From Hyphomicrobiales bacterium (GTDB taxonomy: Bacteria; Pseudomonadota; Alphaproteobacteria; Rhizobiales; HXMU1428-3), in NCBI GenBank assembly GCA_965215715.1, contig OZ244129.1, positions 1,364,994 to 1,428,993 of the forward strand: 64,000 nt of DNA, written 5' to 3'. A model generated the notes under the pieces. The model was not told the DNA's origin, did not search any database, and saw only the letters and a program-made list of their open reading frames with translations. Numbering within the stretch: the stretch's first letter is position 1; each line of letters starts with the position of its first letter. Below are positions 18,474-28,698 of this stretch, piece after piece. Both the position numbers and the translations under genes were made by a program.

Positions 18474-20411
18474 TTATCCTTGCGGCTGCGGTTCCATGCC
18501 GCCTGAAGGCTCTTCACCGCCATCTTTTTTAGGCTTTGTTTTTCCTGCCATTGGCACAACGGACGGGGCGCCGCCAGAGGTTTGATCTGGCTCATCCCGG
18601 CTTGGCGGTTTGCCTGCTAGCAAATCTGTTACCTCTTGGCCTGACAAAGTCTCATATTCCAACAAGCCTTTGGCAAGGGTGTGCAAGTCATCGATCTTTT
18701 CTTGCAAGATGCGTTTTGCGGTTTGCTCACCGCCATCGATTAGCGCGCGCACTTCCTCATCAACCAATTTGGCTGTTTCTTCAGAAATGTTCACTGACTG
18801 GGTGACTGAATGACCAAGAAACACTTCTTGCTCATTGTTGGTGTAAAGCACCCGGCCAAGTTTTTCTGACATGCCCCATTCCATTATCATGGCACGGGCC
18901 AAACTGGTCGCTTGCTGAATGTCGCCTGTGGCGCCATTGGTCACTTTTTCAGGGCCAAAGATTAGCAATTCAGCTTCCCGGCCACCAAAGACGGAAGCCA
19001 GACGCGAGATGCAATATTGCTTGGTGTAACTTAACCGGTCAGCTTCAGGCAAATTCATGGTCACGCCAAGTGCGCGGCCGCGCGGGATAATCGTCACCTT
19101 ATGCAAGGGGTCATGATCTGGCATATTCAAGCCAACAATGGCATGGCCCGCTTCGTGATAAGCGGTTAGTTTTTTCTCATCTTCGGTCATCACCATGGAA
19201 CGACGCTCTGCGCCCATCATGACCTTATCTTTGGCATCTTCAAATTCTTGCTGCGTGACCATGCGCATAGAGCGGCGCGCGGCCAACAAAGCGGCTTCAT
19301 TGACAAGGTTTGCAAGGTCAGCCCCTGAGAACCCTGGGGTGCCGCGGGCAACAACTTTCAAATCAACATTGGGGGCAAGCGGTGTTTTGGCTGCATGCAC
19401 CCGCAAGATTTTTTCCCGGCCAACCACATCTGGGCGCGGCACCACCACTTGGCGGTCAAAGCGGCCTGGACGCAATAAAGCTGGGTCCAAGACATCTGGA
19501 CGGTTGGTGGCTGCAATTAGGATGATGCTTTCATTGGCTTCAAAGCCATCCATTTCAACCAATAGCTGGTTTAAGGTTTGCTCGCGCTCATCATTGCCCC
19601 CGCCAAGACCGGCACCGCGGTGGCGACCAACGGCATCAATCTCGTCAATAAAGATAATACACGGGGCATTGCGTTTGGCTTGCTCGAACATATCGCGCAC
19701 ACGGCTGGCACCGACACCGACAAACATTTCAACAAAGTCAGAACCAGAAATTGTGAAAAACGGCACATTGGCTTCACCAGCAATGGCGCGGGCCAATAAA
19801 GTTTTACCCGTGCCTGGAGGGCCAACAAGCAATGCGCCGTGCGGGATGCGGCCGCCCAAACGCTGAAACTTTTGAGGATCGCGTAAATATTCAACAATTT
19901 CTTCGAGATCTTCTTTGGCCTCATCAACGCCGGCCACATCTTCAAATGTCACCCGGCCTTGATGCTCGGTTAACAGCTTGGCCTTTGATTTGCCAAAGCC
20001 CATGGCCCGGCCGCCGCCGCCTTGCATTTGGCGCATAAAGAAAATCCACACGGCAATGAGCAAGAACACCGGCAAAAGAGTGGTGAACAGAATATTGAAA
20101 AAGGAGTTGGACTCATCTTCAGGCGGCTTGGCTGTGATTTTCACGCCTTTACCTTGCAGCTTATTGACCAGAGCAGGATCATCAGGTGCGTAAGAGCTAA
20201 ATTTCGTATCATCAGAAAAGGTACCGGTTACTTTTTGCCCGGCAATGGTCACCTCTTTAATGTTGCCTGATTCCACCTCTTGCATCAGCTCAGAATAGCT
20301 AATCTGAGAAGCTTTGGTGTTATTTTGCGCGCTTTGGATCATATTGAACAAAGCCATGAGCAACAAAAGAATAACCACCCAAACGGCAAAATTGCGAAAA
20401 TGCGAATTCAT
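18474..20411 (-). CDS. ftsH: ATP-dependent zinc metalloprotease FtsH
   Basis: Two TM segments, [17 protein letters not shown] region, HEAGH. Confidence 0.99.
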   Translation of the reverse strand: MNSHFRNFAVWVVILLLLMALFNMIQSAQNNTKASQISYSELMQEVESGNIKEVTIAGQKVTGTFSDDTKFSSYAPDDPALVNKLQGKGVKITAKPPEDESNSFFNILFTTLLPVFLLIAVWIFFMRQMQGGGGRAMGFGKSKAKLLTEHQGRVTFEDVAGVDEAKEDLEEIVEYLRDPQKFQRLGGRIPHGALLVGPPGTGKTLLARAIAGEANVPFFTISGSDFVEMFVGVGASRVRDMFEQAKRNAPCIIFIDEIDAVGRHRGAGLGGGNDEREQTLNQLLVEMDGFEANESIILIAATNRPDVLDPALLRPGRFDRQVVVPRPDVVGREKILRVHAAKTPLAPNVDLKVVARGTPGFSGADLANLVNEAALLAARRSMRMVTQQEFEDAKDKVMMGAERRSMVMTEDEKKLTAYHEAGHAIVGLNMPDHDPLHKVTIIPRGRALGVTMNLPEADRLSYTKQYCISRLASVFGGREAELLIFGPEKVTNGATGDIQQATSLARAMIMEWGMSEKLGRVLYTNNEQEVFLGHSVTQSVNISEETAKLVDEEVRALIDGGEQTAKRILQEKIDDLHTLAKGLLEYETLSGQEVTDLLAGKPPSRDEPDQTSGGAPSVVPMAGKTKPKKDGGEEPSGGMEPQPQG

Positions 20412-20806
20412 AAAAATGTCCTGTTCCTAAAGGTCCCAAATCACAGCGTTTCAGACCTTTTCACTCATGTTTTTTTGGGGTCTTGTTTCATAAGGGAAAA
20501 ATCTTAATCAATTGCCCCTTTATCGACCATTCACTAAAAATGATCTGCCTATACCTTTATCCGTAACATAGGGTGTCCCTTATAGCTTGCCAAGGCCCAT
20601 TTCCAAACAATGTCTGCTGAAAGACCCTAATTAAGGCATAATTAGTGCCAAACAAGGCCAAGCTAAGTCGGAAAGTCTTGATAATGGTAAAATCCTCTTG
20701 TTTTTCCCCAAAATAGGTCGCCAAACAATCATAATCAGGCTTAAAAGGCAAGCCATGACAAATCTCAATGGTAAAGAGATTGTGATCAATCTGGGTCAGA
20801 CTTGGC

Positions 20807-22159
20807 CTATGATTGTATCGGAAAGACAGCCGTAACGTTCATTTTCTCTAGGGCACAGTCTTTAGGTCCTAAAGCTTGTGAAAATAGGCGTTCATCTTTT
20901 GCGCCCAATTGAGGGATTGCGAGCAATTGTCGCGCTTTATCAGCCCGCCAAATTGTTGCCAGGCCTGACATAACATCGCGGCTGAAGGGGCAGTCTTGCT
21001 CGTGTTGGTGATAAAATGATTGCACTTGCTCAATCTCTTGCTCATTCAATGCACGGATTGACAAAGCCTCTTTTATTGGCGCCGCAAAATATAAGCCAAC
21101 CCTGTGATCCCACAAGACCTGACTGTCATGATCGGTAATTGGATCAAGATGGATCTCTTCCAGCTCATCGCGGCCAGTTTCGCGATAAAATAAAAACTCT
21201 TCGTGGGCTGTTTTCTCAATCATCACCCCGCCCAAAGCAAAGCGGGCCTTGGGGGTGCTTTTATCCTTTGCCATTGTTAGCAAGTGCTTGGCACCGCGTT
21301 CTAACTTAGAGAGCTGAACCTGCCCTTGCCCGAAAGTGTGTAACGCGCGCTGCAAAACCATTGTTTGCATGGCATGGGGAAGTTTGAGAAAAGCTGCCTT
21401 GTTCACCCCCAAGTGTCCCTCTAAATGACAGGTAACTTCAAGAGCAAAAAAATTTTCAGTCCAAACCTCTAGTGCTTTACGTGTCCCTTGCAAACGGCGC
21501 GCGCTTTCAGCTATGCCATGTGAAAGTTCCCCTGTCTCATCTAGCTGGCCCAACAGCTTGCGCACTTTGACCCGCTCAAAGCCGTCATCTTGATTGCTCG
21601 GATCATCGCACCATTTCAGATCGCGCTCTTGCAACCAGTTCAGTAAATCTTGTTTTCTAACCTCTAAGAGAGGGCGCACAAACGTGACCCCATACAGTTC
21701 CCGTTTGGGTAAGATGCCCGCAAGGCCTTCAACACCGCTTCCGCGCTTTATGCGCATTAAGAACGTCTCGGCTTGATCATCTCTAGTATGGGCTGTCAGC
21801 AACGTATCGACAGCTCTTTCTTTCATAAGGACTGTCATGGCCTCATATCGGGCCACCCTTGCCTTTTGTTGAACACCAGCTTTACCTTGCAAACCTTCTA
21901 GCTTAATAGGCACAGTTTCAAACCCCAATTGGTTTGCTGTCTTGATCACAAAGGCAACTTCATCTGCTGCTTCTTTGCGCAAGCCATGGTCAACGCTCAA
22001 GACCAGATCTTTTTGGCTCGTTTTTAAAGGATGATTTTGCCGCCATAGGGCAAATAAATGCAGCATCGCCATGCTGTCTGGCCCGCCAGAGACAGCCAAA
22101 GCGACAGGTTGGTTGGGACCGTCAAGTGAATTAAAATTATCTAACAAAGAGCTCGTCAT
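20807..22159 (-). CDS. tilS: tRNA(Ile)-lysidine synthetase
   Basis: AVSGGPDSMA, VDHGLR, ARVARY, TAHTRDDQAET, RPLL, DDPSN. Confidence 0.97.
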   Translation of the reverse strand: MTSSLLDNFNSLDGPNQPVALAVSGGPDSMAMLHLFALWRQNHPLKTSQKDLVLSVDHGLRKEAADEVAFVIKTANQLGFETVPIKLEGLQGKAGVQQKARVARYEAMTVLMKERAVDTLLTAHTRDDQAETFLMRIKRGSGVEGLAGILPKRELYGVTFVRPLLEVRKQDLLNWLQERDLKWCDDPSNQDDGFERVKVRKLLGQLDETGELSHGIAESARRLQGTRKALEVWTENFFALEVTCHLEGHLGVNKAAFLKLPHAMQTMVLQRALHTFGQGQVQLSKLERGAKHLLTMAKDKSTPKARFALGGVMIEKTAHEEFLFYRETGRDELEEIHLDPITDHDSQVLWDHRVGLYFAAPIKEALSIRALNEQEIEQVQSFYHQHEQDCPFSRDVMSGLATIWRADKARQLLAIPQLGAKDERLFSQALGPKDCALEKMNVTAVFPIQS

Positions 22160-22224
22160 GGGCGAACGCTAGCCTGAGAGCCTCCATGATGCAAGCCCCA
22201 TTAGGCAACCAGACCCACTCAAAA

Positions 22225-24819
22225 TTATTGCATTCTTAGTGCGATAAACCTGACATTGTCTCCAGTTTCAACAAGAAACAAAACCGCTTTGCGCCCTTTA
22301 TCTTTGACCAGCTTAACTTGTGCGTTCAAATGTTCTATTGATTTGACCTCAACACCGTTTACTTCAGTAATAACGTCACCACTTTTAATGCCCCTTTTCT
22401 CAGCCATTCCTGAGACTGAGACAACCTCTAGCCCTTTTGCACGTCCTCTTGGCTTTAATTTCATGCCAAAGGTTCTTATAGGACCAACCCTTATTTTGTC
22501 AAAAAAGTCGTCAAAAACTTTAAATGCGGGATCAAGCTTGGTATTTTTTATACCGCTCAGCGCTTTAATTGCTGAGACCGTATCAGCTCCAAATTGACCA
22601 TCAATCGTGCCCTTATAGAGCCCTTCATTTTTCAAGGCTTTTTGTAATTCTTTTCTGAAACCTTTGTTCCAGAGGTCTGACTTTTTCGTCATTTGCTCTA
22701 TAGCAAAGCTGTTTTTCTTTTTAAGTGACTTTGCAACCCAATTTGCAGCTTGGGCATAATCCTTGGTAACGCCATCTCCATTATTATACAGCACGCCAAT
22801 ATTATACATGGCATGTGAATGCCCCTTGTCAGCAGCTTTACGATACCAATTTAGGGCCTGGTTATAATCTCGTGGTACCCCTTGACCGTTATCATAAGCG
22901 TAACCTAATGAGAACATGGCATCATCATAGTCCTTGTTTGCAGATTTGCGAAACCAACTTACAGATTTTGAGAGATCCTTCTCAACACCTCTGCCAAATT
23001 TATAAAGTTGACCCAAATTACTCATGGCATATTGATTACCTTTTTCAGCTGCCCTTTCGTACCAGTCGTGGGCGATCAGATAATCTTTGGCCACGCCTTG
23101 TCCATTTTCATAAAGTGTACCAACCGAATTCATGGCTGAAGCATTACCATTGGCCGCCGATTTTTTATACCATTCAAGTGATTTGTTATAATCTTTCTCC
23201 ACCCCTTGCCCATAATAGTACATATGGCCAAGCTGATACATGGCAACAGCATCTCCTTTATCAGCCCCTTTACGAAACCAATTGGCCGCTTGGAACAAAT
23301 CCTTCGTCACCTCAGTGCCGAACTTGTAAGCAAACCCAAGCTTATTAAACGCATCACTATGACCGTTTTCTCCAGACTTTTGATACCAATTGATTGCCTT
23401 GTTAAAGTCTTTCTCAATCCCTCGTCCATAGTGGTAAGCTTCTGCCACTTGTTTCATAGCTTCGGCATCTCCGCTAAGGGCGGCTTTTTGAAACCCTTGA
23501 AAGCGTGTATAAAACGAACTAAGGGTAACATTCACTGTTCGGCTTTTCTGATTGCGCACAATATTTATTTTTACGTTTTTCCCTTCCCCTTCAGCCGCAA
23601 TCAAACGTGCGAGATCTCGCATTGTATCTACTTTTTTGTTCCCAACCTGAGTAATGATATCACCGGCAAGCAAACCTGCTGGCAAGGCTGGACCATCTTT
23701 AGCCAGTGAAACGATTAACACGCCTGTCTTACCACCATTGTCTGAGGCATTTTGTATGTTTACACCAAGCCAACCTCTACGTTCTTTTCCATCGCGCCTA
23801 ACTTTAGGCGGGCTAACAAGGGCAAGCTGAGCACTTTTCAAACGTTGCAATTCCAGTTTAGCCAATGAGGAATGGCGCCCATCGGGGTGCTCTTTTAAAT
23901 AGAATTCAAATTCAGAGGCATTTTGAGAATTTTTAATCTTCTCCCACAATGTCTCTGCAGCGGTTAATTTTTTATCTGCCGGAGGGGTGACTTTGGGTGC
24001 CTCTTGTGTTTTAAGCTCCGTTTTATGTTCCTTTGTCTTGGGAACGAGATAATATTCTCCGCGCACTTGGTCGTAAAAAGCGGGAAATTGCTTGTGGCGG
24101 TCTTGGCTGGTCAACGCCAATTGCTCCACTTCAACTTGCAACTGTTTGGCCATTTTCACATGTGAAAGCCCTGGTGTTTTTAAAAGGGGTAAGAGTTTAC
24201 GTGTGAACACCGAATTGGGGTTGGTGTCACCCTCACTTAACCGATCCAGAGCTTCTTGGCCGATGCCGGCTGAATACATCACAAATGTATTGTCCGGTGG
24301 GTTTTGTCGGTAGTCCAGCCCCACAGAGCGCCCCACAGAGCGGGTTCCCTTTTTAGGAAACGGGTTGTTGCGGCAAGCATCAATAATCAAAATGCTCACC
24401 TTGGCGCCCTTTTCGCGCAAAATGTCAATGATCTCGTCTTCTGAAAACGCTTCTTTGGTTACAGAGCGTTCCTGGCCTGGTTTGATTTTGGGAATATCGG
24501 TTGGCAATAAATAATTTTGGCCTTTAACGGAGATGCCATGGCCTGCAAAGAAAAATAGCACTTCATCACCGGCACTAATGCTATCTGCCAGCCTGTCGAG
24601 CTGGTGGTTCATTCCTTTGCGATCAACGTTCACCTGGCTAATTACTTGAAAGCCAATATCACGTGCAGCTTTGGCAACAGCCTTTGCGTCATTTACCGCT
24701 TTTTCAAGTTTGGAGACATGATCATACGCATCGTTGCCAATTACCAAAGCCACCCGTTTAGCATGAGCCGCATTGATGAAACTTACAAGAAGCACAAAGC
24801 ACAGCAAAAAATGACGCAT
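22225..24819 (-). CDS. Exported caspase-family (peptidase C14) protein with PDZ, seven Sel1 repeats, PG-binding module and second PDZ
   Basis: Signal peptide; RVALVIGNDAY, FFFAGHG (His), IIDACRNNP (Cys); RGWLGVNIQ PDZ; 7 x 36-aa Sel1 repeats; LQKALKNEGLYKGTIDGQFGADT; C-terminal GIKSGDVITEVNG PDZ. Confidence 0.88.
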   Translation of the reverse strand: MRHFLLCFVLLVSFINAAHAKRVALVIGNDAYDHVSKLEKAVNDAKAVAKAARDIGFQVISQVNVDRKGMNHQLDRLADSISAGDEVLFFFAGHGISVKGQNYLLPTDIPKIKPGQERSVTKEAFSEDEIIDILREKGAKVSILIIDACRNNPFPKKGTRSVGRSVGLDYRQNPPDNTFVMYSAGIGQEALDRLSEGDTNPNSVFTRKLLPLLKTPGLSHVKMAKQLQVEVEQLALTSQDRHKQFPAFYDQVRGEYYLVPKTKEHKTELKTQEAPKVTPPADKKLTAAETLWEKIKNSQNASEFEFYLKEHPDGRHSSLAKLELQRLKSAQLALVSPPKVRRDGKERRGWLGVNIQNASDNGGKTGVLIVSLAKDGPALPAGLLAGDIITQVGNKKVDTMRDLARLIAAEGEGKNVKINIVRNQKSRTVNVTLSSFYTRFQGFQKAALSGDAEAMKQVAEAYHYGRGIEKDFNKAINWYQKSGENGHSDAFNKLGFAYKFGTEVTKDLFQAANWFRKGADKGDAVAMYQLGHMYYYGQGVEKDYNKSLEWYKKSAANGNASAMNSVGTLYENGQGVAKDYLIAHDWYERAAEKGNQYAMSNLGQLYKFGRGVEKDLSKSVSWFRKSANKDYDDAMFSLGYAYDNGQGVPRDYNQALNWYRKAADKGHSHAMYNIGVLYNNGDGVTKDYAQAANWVAKSLKKKNSFAIEQMTKKSDLWNKGFRKELQKALKNEGLYKGTIDGQFGADTVSAIKALSGIKNTKLDPAFKVFDDFFDKIRVGPIRTFGMKLKPRGRAKGLEVVSVSGMAEKRGIKSGDVITEVNGVEVKSIEHLNAQVKLVKDKGRKAVLFLVETGDNVRFIALRMQ

Positions 24820-24946
24820 TGTTCAGCCCTCCCAAATCATTCCTGATGGTTCAAAACTATACCAATGAAAAATTTATGAGGGAAGAGTTGAAATATTAAA
24901 GATTTTTAAGGTTATGAATGGGCTCTGCTTGAAAAGCCTAACTAGT

Positions 24947-25762
24947 TTAGCAGCCAGCCTTGCCAATTTCGGCACCAACTTTTCGATCAATATGACCTGG
25001 CAAGGATTTGTACTTGGACTTTAATTCACTAAACGTCTGACAAGCGGCTTCATTTTGGCCCAGCCGGTGCAGCGACATGCCCAGTTTCAAAAGGTTGTCA
25101 GGGGCTTTGGGGCTTTTGCGATAGGTTTGATACCCTTTTAAGAACTCATTGGCTGCTTGGCGATAATTGCCGCGCACAAAGTAAACCTCACCCAACCAAT
25201 ATTGCGCATTGCCGGATAGATTATTGTTTGGGTAGTTGGACAAAAATGCTCTGAAGGTTGCCTCAGCGGAGGTGTAATCGCTGGACAACATATAATTGTA
25301 GCCAGCATCATATAGCGATTGGGGGCTCTTACCATTTAAGGTCACACGGCTTTTGGGCGGTGTTGCATTGAGTGCTAAATCAGCACCGGGCACTTCTGTG
25401 GGGGGAACCTCATTGATAGAAGATTGCGTGTCAGCCCCCCAACCATCTGTTTGGAATTCAGGCTGCTCTTCTAATCGTCTTTGGTTTAATGGTTGGCGCT
25501 CTGCTTCAAATTGATAGCTTTTTTTAACGCCAACAGCGGGCTGAACGCTGCCCTTTTTCACCAATGTTTGTAAAGCACCGATCACAGATTGCATCTCAAC
25601 AATCTGGGCTTCAAGACGGTCTATGCGTTGCAGGGCTTCAATTAACTCTTGAGATTGTTTTTGGGCGACTGGACCTTTTGGTTTTTTGGCCTCTTGGCCA
25701 ATAGCAGGCCCGGTTATGCTTAACATCAACCCAATGAACAAACACCCCAATAATCTGGTCAT
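24947..25762 (-). CDS. cpoB: Tol-Pal system protein YbgF/CpoB
   Basis: Signal peptide, coiled coil, TPR with NAQYWLGEVYF and KAPDNLLKLGMSL; downstream of pal. Confidence 0.95.
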   Translation of the reverse strand: MTRLLGCLFIGLMLSITGPAIGQEAKKPKGPVAQKQSQELIEALQRIDRLEAQIVEMQSVIGALQTLVKKGSVQPAVGVKKSYQFEAERQPLNQRRLEEQPEFQTDGWGADTQSSINEVPPTEVPGADLALNATPPKSRVTLNGKSPQSLYDAGYNYMLSSDYTSAEATFRAFLSNYPNNNLSGNAQYWLGEVYFVRGNYRQAANEFLKGYQTYRKSPKAPDNLLKLGMSLHRLGQNEAACQTFSELKSKYKSLPGHIDRKVGAEIGKAGC

Positions 25763-25823
25763 GATTTTTGCCTTGTTTTTATTTTTTCACCCGCGCAGAA
25801 AAGCCTTTGAGCTTAAGGCCCTC

Positions 25824-26294
25824 TTAATAGCTGGCCCCGCTGTTCAGCCGTGTTTCTACCCGCCGGTTTTGTGACCAACAGCTAATGTCATTACAAACTG
25901 CAACCGGGCGCTCCTTACCATAAGAGATTGTACGCAGCCGCGTTGGGCTAATGCCGTTGGAAATTAAAAAGTTCTTCACTGTCTCAGCCCGGCGCCCGCC
26001 TAGTGCCAGGTTATATTCACGCGTGCCGCGCTCATCAGCGTGGCCTTCCAAAGTGACAGTGTAGTTTGAATATTTGTTCAACCATTGTACCTGGCCACGC
26101 AAAATAGATAAAGCCTGTTCGGTTAACTGCACGCTGTCAGTGGTAAAGTGCACCGTTGTGCCCACATTTACTGCGAAATCTTGTGGGCTGCCTGGCTTTG
26201 TGGGCTTACCTGTTAGGCTCTTATTTACATTGCTGCACCCAACGACAAAAATTGCCAGAAAACAGATGAGAGAGACTTTAAATATTTGAGACAT
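25824..26294 (-). CDS. pal: Peptidoglycan-associated lipoprotein
   Basis: Lipobox VVGC; EGHADERGTREYNLALGGRRA; SYGKERP. Confidence 0.97.
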   Translation of the reverse strand: MSQIFKVSLICFLAIFVVGCSNVNKSLTGKPTKPGSPQDFAVNVGTTVHFTTDSVQLTEQALSILRGQVQWLNKYSNYTVTLEGHADERGTREYNLALGGRRAETVKNFLISNGISPTRLRTISYGKERPVAVCNDISCWSQNRRVETRLNSGASY

Positions 26295-26576
26295 TTTTTA
26301 GTAAGCCTAAACGTTAAAAGTTGGACGCCGGTACACCTTCATTACGAGTGATTTAGAACAACCGCATATATGAGCCAAGGGCTACAAAGACCATGCCATA
26401 AACACTTAACGATTGCACTTATTTTCATGCCGCGTAACTAAGGCAATATAGTGTCTAAAATCAAGAATTAAGAATGGCTAGCCACGGTTTTAAAGCTAGT
26501 GCTCTTACATTTGCATCGTTAAAAGACACGAATCAATAAGCCATTACTTAGATTTTAAATCAAAAATCTATGAGCT

Positions 26577-26617
26577 AAAAATAAAAATCGTGCTGCACGC
26601 AAAGCGTACAACACGAC
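26577..26617 (-). terminator. Intrinsic terminator downstream of the twin small lipoprotein genes
   Basis: Minus strand GUCGUGUUGUACGC-UUU-GCGUGCAGCACGAU: a 14-bp stem fully paired only on the minus strand (three G-U pairs), followed by UUUUAUUUUU. Confidence 0.85.
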
Positions 26618-26672
26618 TTTTAACTCGTGAGAAGCCGAATAAGCTTCAAAGAAACAAAGTCACTAATTAAAA

Positions 26673-26813
26673 TTAGCGAACTGCTTGTTCAACTGGAGCA
26701 ATGTCACCACCTAGTTTCATAGGCTCGTGACGTACTTCACGGCGGCAAGCACCTAGTGCAGCAACAGTTCCAACGATAGTAGCAGCGATGATAAGACCTT
26801 TAATTCCTTTCAT
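26673..26813 (-). CDS. Small lipoprotein, copy 1 (46 aa, not in ORF track)
   Basis: Manual translation: MKGIKGLIIAATIVGTVAALGACRREVRHEPMKLGGDIAPVEQAVR*. Lipobox LGAC; upstream GAAGGGGGAAAGAGG RBS. Confidence 0.88.
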   Translation of the reverse strand: MKGIKGLIIAATIVGTVAALGACRREVRHEPMKLGGDIAPVEQAVR

Positions 26814-26909
26814 CCTCTTTCCCCCTTCAGGTTAAGTTTGGATCACAATGATCCGGTTAAAAAAACGAATAAAGCACACATTGATGAATAAACACCAAAG
26901 AATGAGCCC

Positions 26910-27047
26910 TTAGCGAGCAATTTGTTCCTGGACCACATCACCACCCAGTTTCATGGGTTCGTGACGTACTTCACGACGACAGGCACTAATAGATGCGATA
27001 ACACCCACAAGAACGCTGACAACAAACACACGCTTAAAAAACTGCAT
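26910..27047 (-). CDS. Small lipoprotein, copy 2 (45 aa, not in ORF track)
   Basis: Manual translation: MQFFKRVFVVSVLVGVIASISACRREVRHEPMKLGGDVVQEQIAR*. Lipobox ISAC; upstream GAGGAG RBS. Confidence 0.88.
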   Translation of the reverse strand: MQFFKRVFVVSVLVGVIASISACRREVRHEPMKLGGDVVQEQIAR

Positions 27048-27275
27048 TTTGTACTCCTCAAGACGTTTTACGAGCAGTGCATATATCCGAATTACCGGCG
27101 ATACATGACAAGATCAAGAACTGAAATGGCTAAACCACATCTTTTCACCAATTATGATGCTAAAAAGACACGAAAAACCAGATGTCATCCTTTTGTTCTT
27201 AAAATTAATTCACAGCTCGCAAACAATCTCTCCAATACAATTGGATCATATATAAAAAGGCAATAAATTTACTAA

Positions 27276-28607
27276 TTATTTATTAACGCGCGGCGACCAA
27301 GACGGGTCTGACCCCCAAGCTGGGGTTAAAATACGCCGTTCATTGTAGCCAGTAAGGTCCACAGAGTAGATTTTAGGCCCTGCTTTTGCCCCGCGCGATT
27401 CTCTAAAAAACATCAAAACACGCCCATTTGGCGCCCATGTGGGCCCCTCATTGTGGTAGCCTTCGGTTAAAATGCGCTCTCCTGTCCCGTCAGGGCGCAT
27501 CACGCCGATTAAAAAACGTCCCGGGACTTGCTTGGTAAAGGCGATTAAATCGCCTCTGGGGGACCATACAGGGGTTGAATAGCGCCCTTCTTGTTGGCTA
27601 ATGCGGTGAGCGCCAGAACCGTCTGCATTCATCACATAGAGCTGTTTAGAGCCGCCTCTGTCTGTTTCAAAGACGATTCGCTTACCGTCAGGGGAAAAAC
27701 TGGGGGCCGTATCGATGGAAGGGCTGTTGGTTAAACGAGAGGTTTTGCGCGAACGCAAATCCATCATAAAAATGTTGGCATTGCCTCCTTGTTGCAAACT
27801 CATAATGATTTTTTGGCCATCTGGTGAAAAACGCGGCGCAAATGTCATGGTTGGGAAATCCCCCACCACTTGTTTTTGGCCTGTTTCAATGTTTAAAAGA
27901 TAAACCCGCGGCATGCCGCTTTCATAGGAAAGATAGGTGATTTCTTGCTGTTTTGGGCTAAAACGCGGGGTTAAAACCAAATGATCACCCTGTGTTAAAT
28001 AGCGCAGATTATGGCCATCTTGATCCATAATCGCCAAACGTTTCACCCGCCTTTGTTTGGGACCTGTTTCATCAATAAAAGCAACGCGCGTGTCAAAATA
28101 CCCTGTTTCTCCGGTCAAGCGTTTGTAAACTGTATCGGCAATCACATGCCCTACGCGGCGCCAGTTCTCTTGCTTTACGAAAAATTGCTCGCCTGCCAGC
28201 TGTTTGCCTGAAAAGACATCCCATAAGCGAAATTGTGCTTTAATCCGCCGGTCTGGCATGCGCTCCACTTTTCCAACCAGCAAGGCTTGGGCCTTAATAA
28301 TGCGCCAATCAGAAAATTTTGGCACCGCCAGAACGCTGGCGCCTTTGTCAATAAACGAGGCCGGGTCTAACGGGTCAAACAAACCGCTGCCTGCCAAATC
28401 AGCCTGGATTACCTGCACCACTTCTTGGGCAAATTGCTGCTCTTCAAAGCTGCCTGCTTCAAACCGGGCAACCGCAATGGGGATGGCTTGAATGTTACCT
28501 TGGGTGATGTCGATCTCAACCTGGGCAAAGACGGGGAAAGACATTCCGAGCAAAACACCAAGAAAAACAATGAAGTGACGACAAAAACCGCCAAGCTTAA
28601 AAATCAT
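27276..28607 (-). CDS. tolB: Tol-Pal beta-propeller protein TolB
   Basis: [32 protein letters not shown], repeated P(S/T)(F/W)SP(D/N)G units. Likely ATG at 28607. Confidence 0.97.
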   Translation of the reverse strand: MIFKLGGFCRHFIVFLGVLLGMSFPVFAQVEIDITQGNIQAIPIAVARFEAGSFEEQQFAQEVVQVIQADLAGSGLFDPLDPASFIDKGASVLAVPKFSDWRIIKAQALLVGKVERMPDRRIKAQFRLWDVFSGKQLAGEQFFVKQENWRRVGHVIADTVYKRLTGETGYFDTRVAFIDETGPKQRRVKRLAIMDQDGHNLRYLTQGDHLVLTPRFSPKQQEITYLSYESGMPRVYLLNIETGQKQVVGDFPTMTFAPRFSPDGQKIIMSLQQGGNANIFMMDLRSRKTSRLTNSPSIDTAPSFSPDGKRIVFETDRGGSKQLYVMNADGSGAHRISQQEGRYSTPVWSPRGDLIAFTKQVPGRFLIGVMRPDGTGERILTEGYHNEGPTWAPNGRVLMFFRESRGAKAGPKIYSVDLTGYNERRILTPAWGSDPSWSPRVNK

Positions 28608-28698
28608 ATGAAAAAGTCCCTTAACAGAAGAATTCATATCAATCGCTTTCATCAAATGTGCCTTTAGTACAAACGCAAACCGTGGACCACTCAGGGAC

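Noticed and set aside
20557-20751. 64-aa ORF between tilS and ftsH (also 55294..55497)
   Set aside because: No RBS, motif or compositional support; probably promoter/UTR sequence.
22760-23500. 108-bp periodicity in DNA
   Set aside because: Fully explained by the 36-aa Sel1 repeats.
26922-27266. 114-aa plus-strand ORF in the tolB-pal gap
   Set aside because: Antisense to lipoprotein copy 2; the synonymous-change pattern and terminator polarity support the minus-strand frame.
27272-27287. CTAA-N7-TTAAC upstream of the twin lipoproteins (and TTAA-N7-TTAG at 6630)
   Set aside because: One mismatch in AT-rich DNA; not distinguishable from chance.
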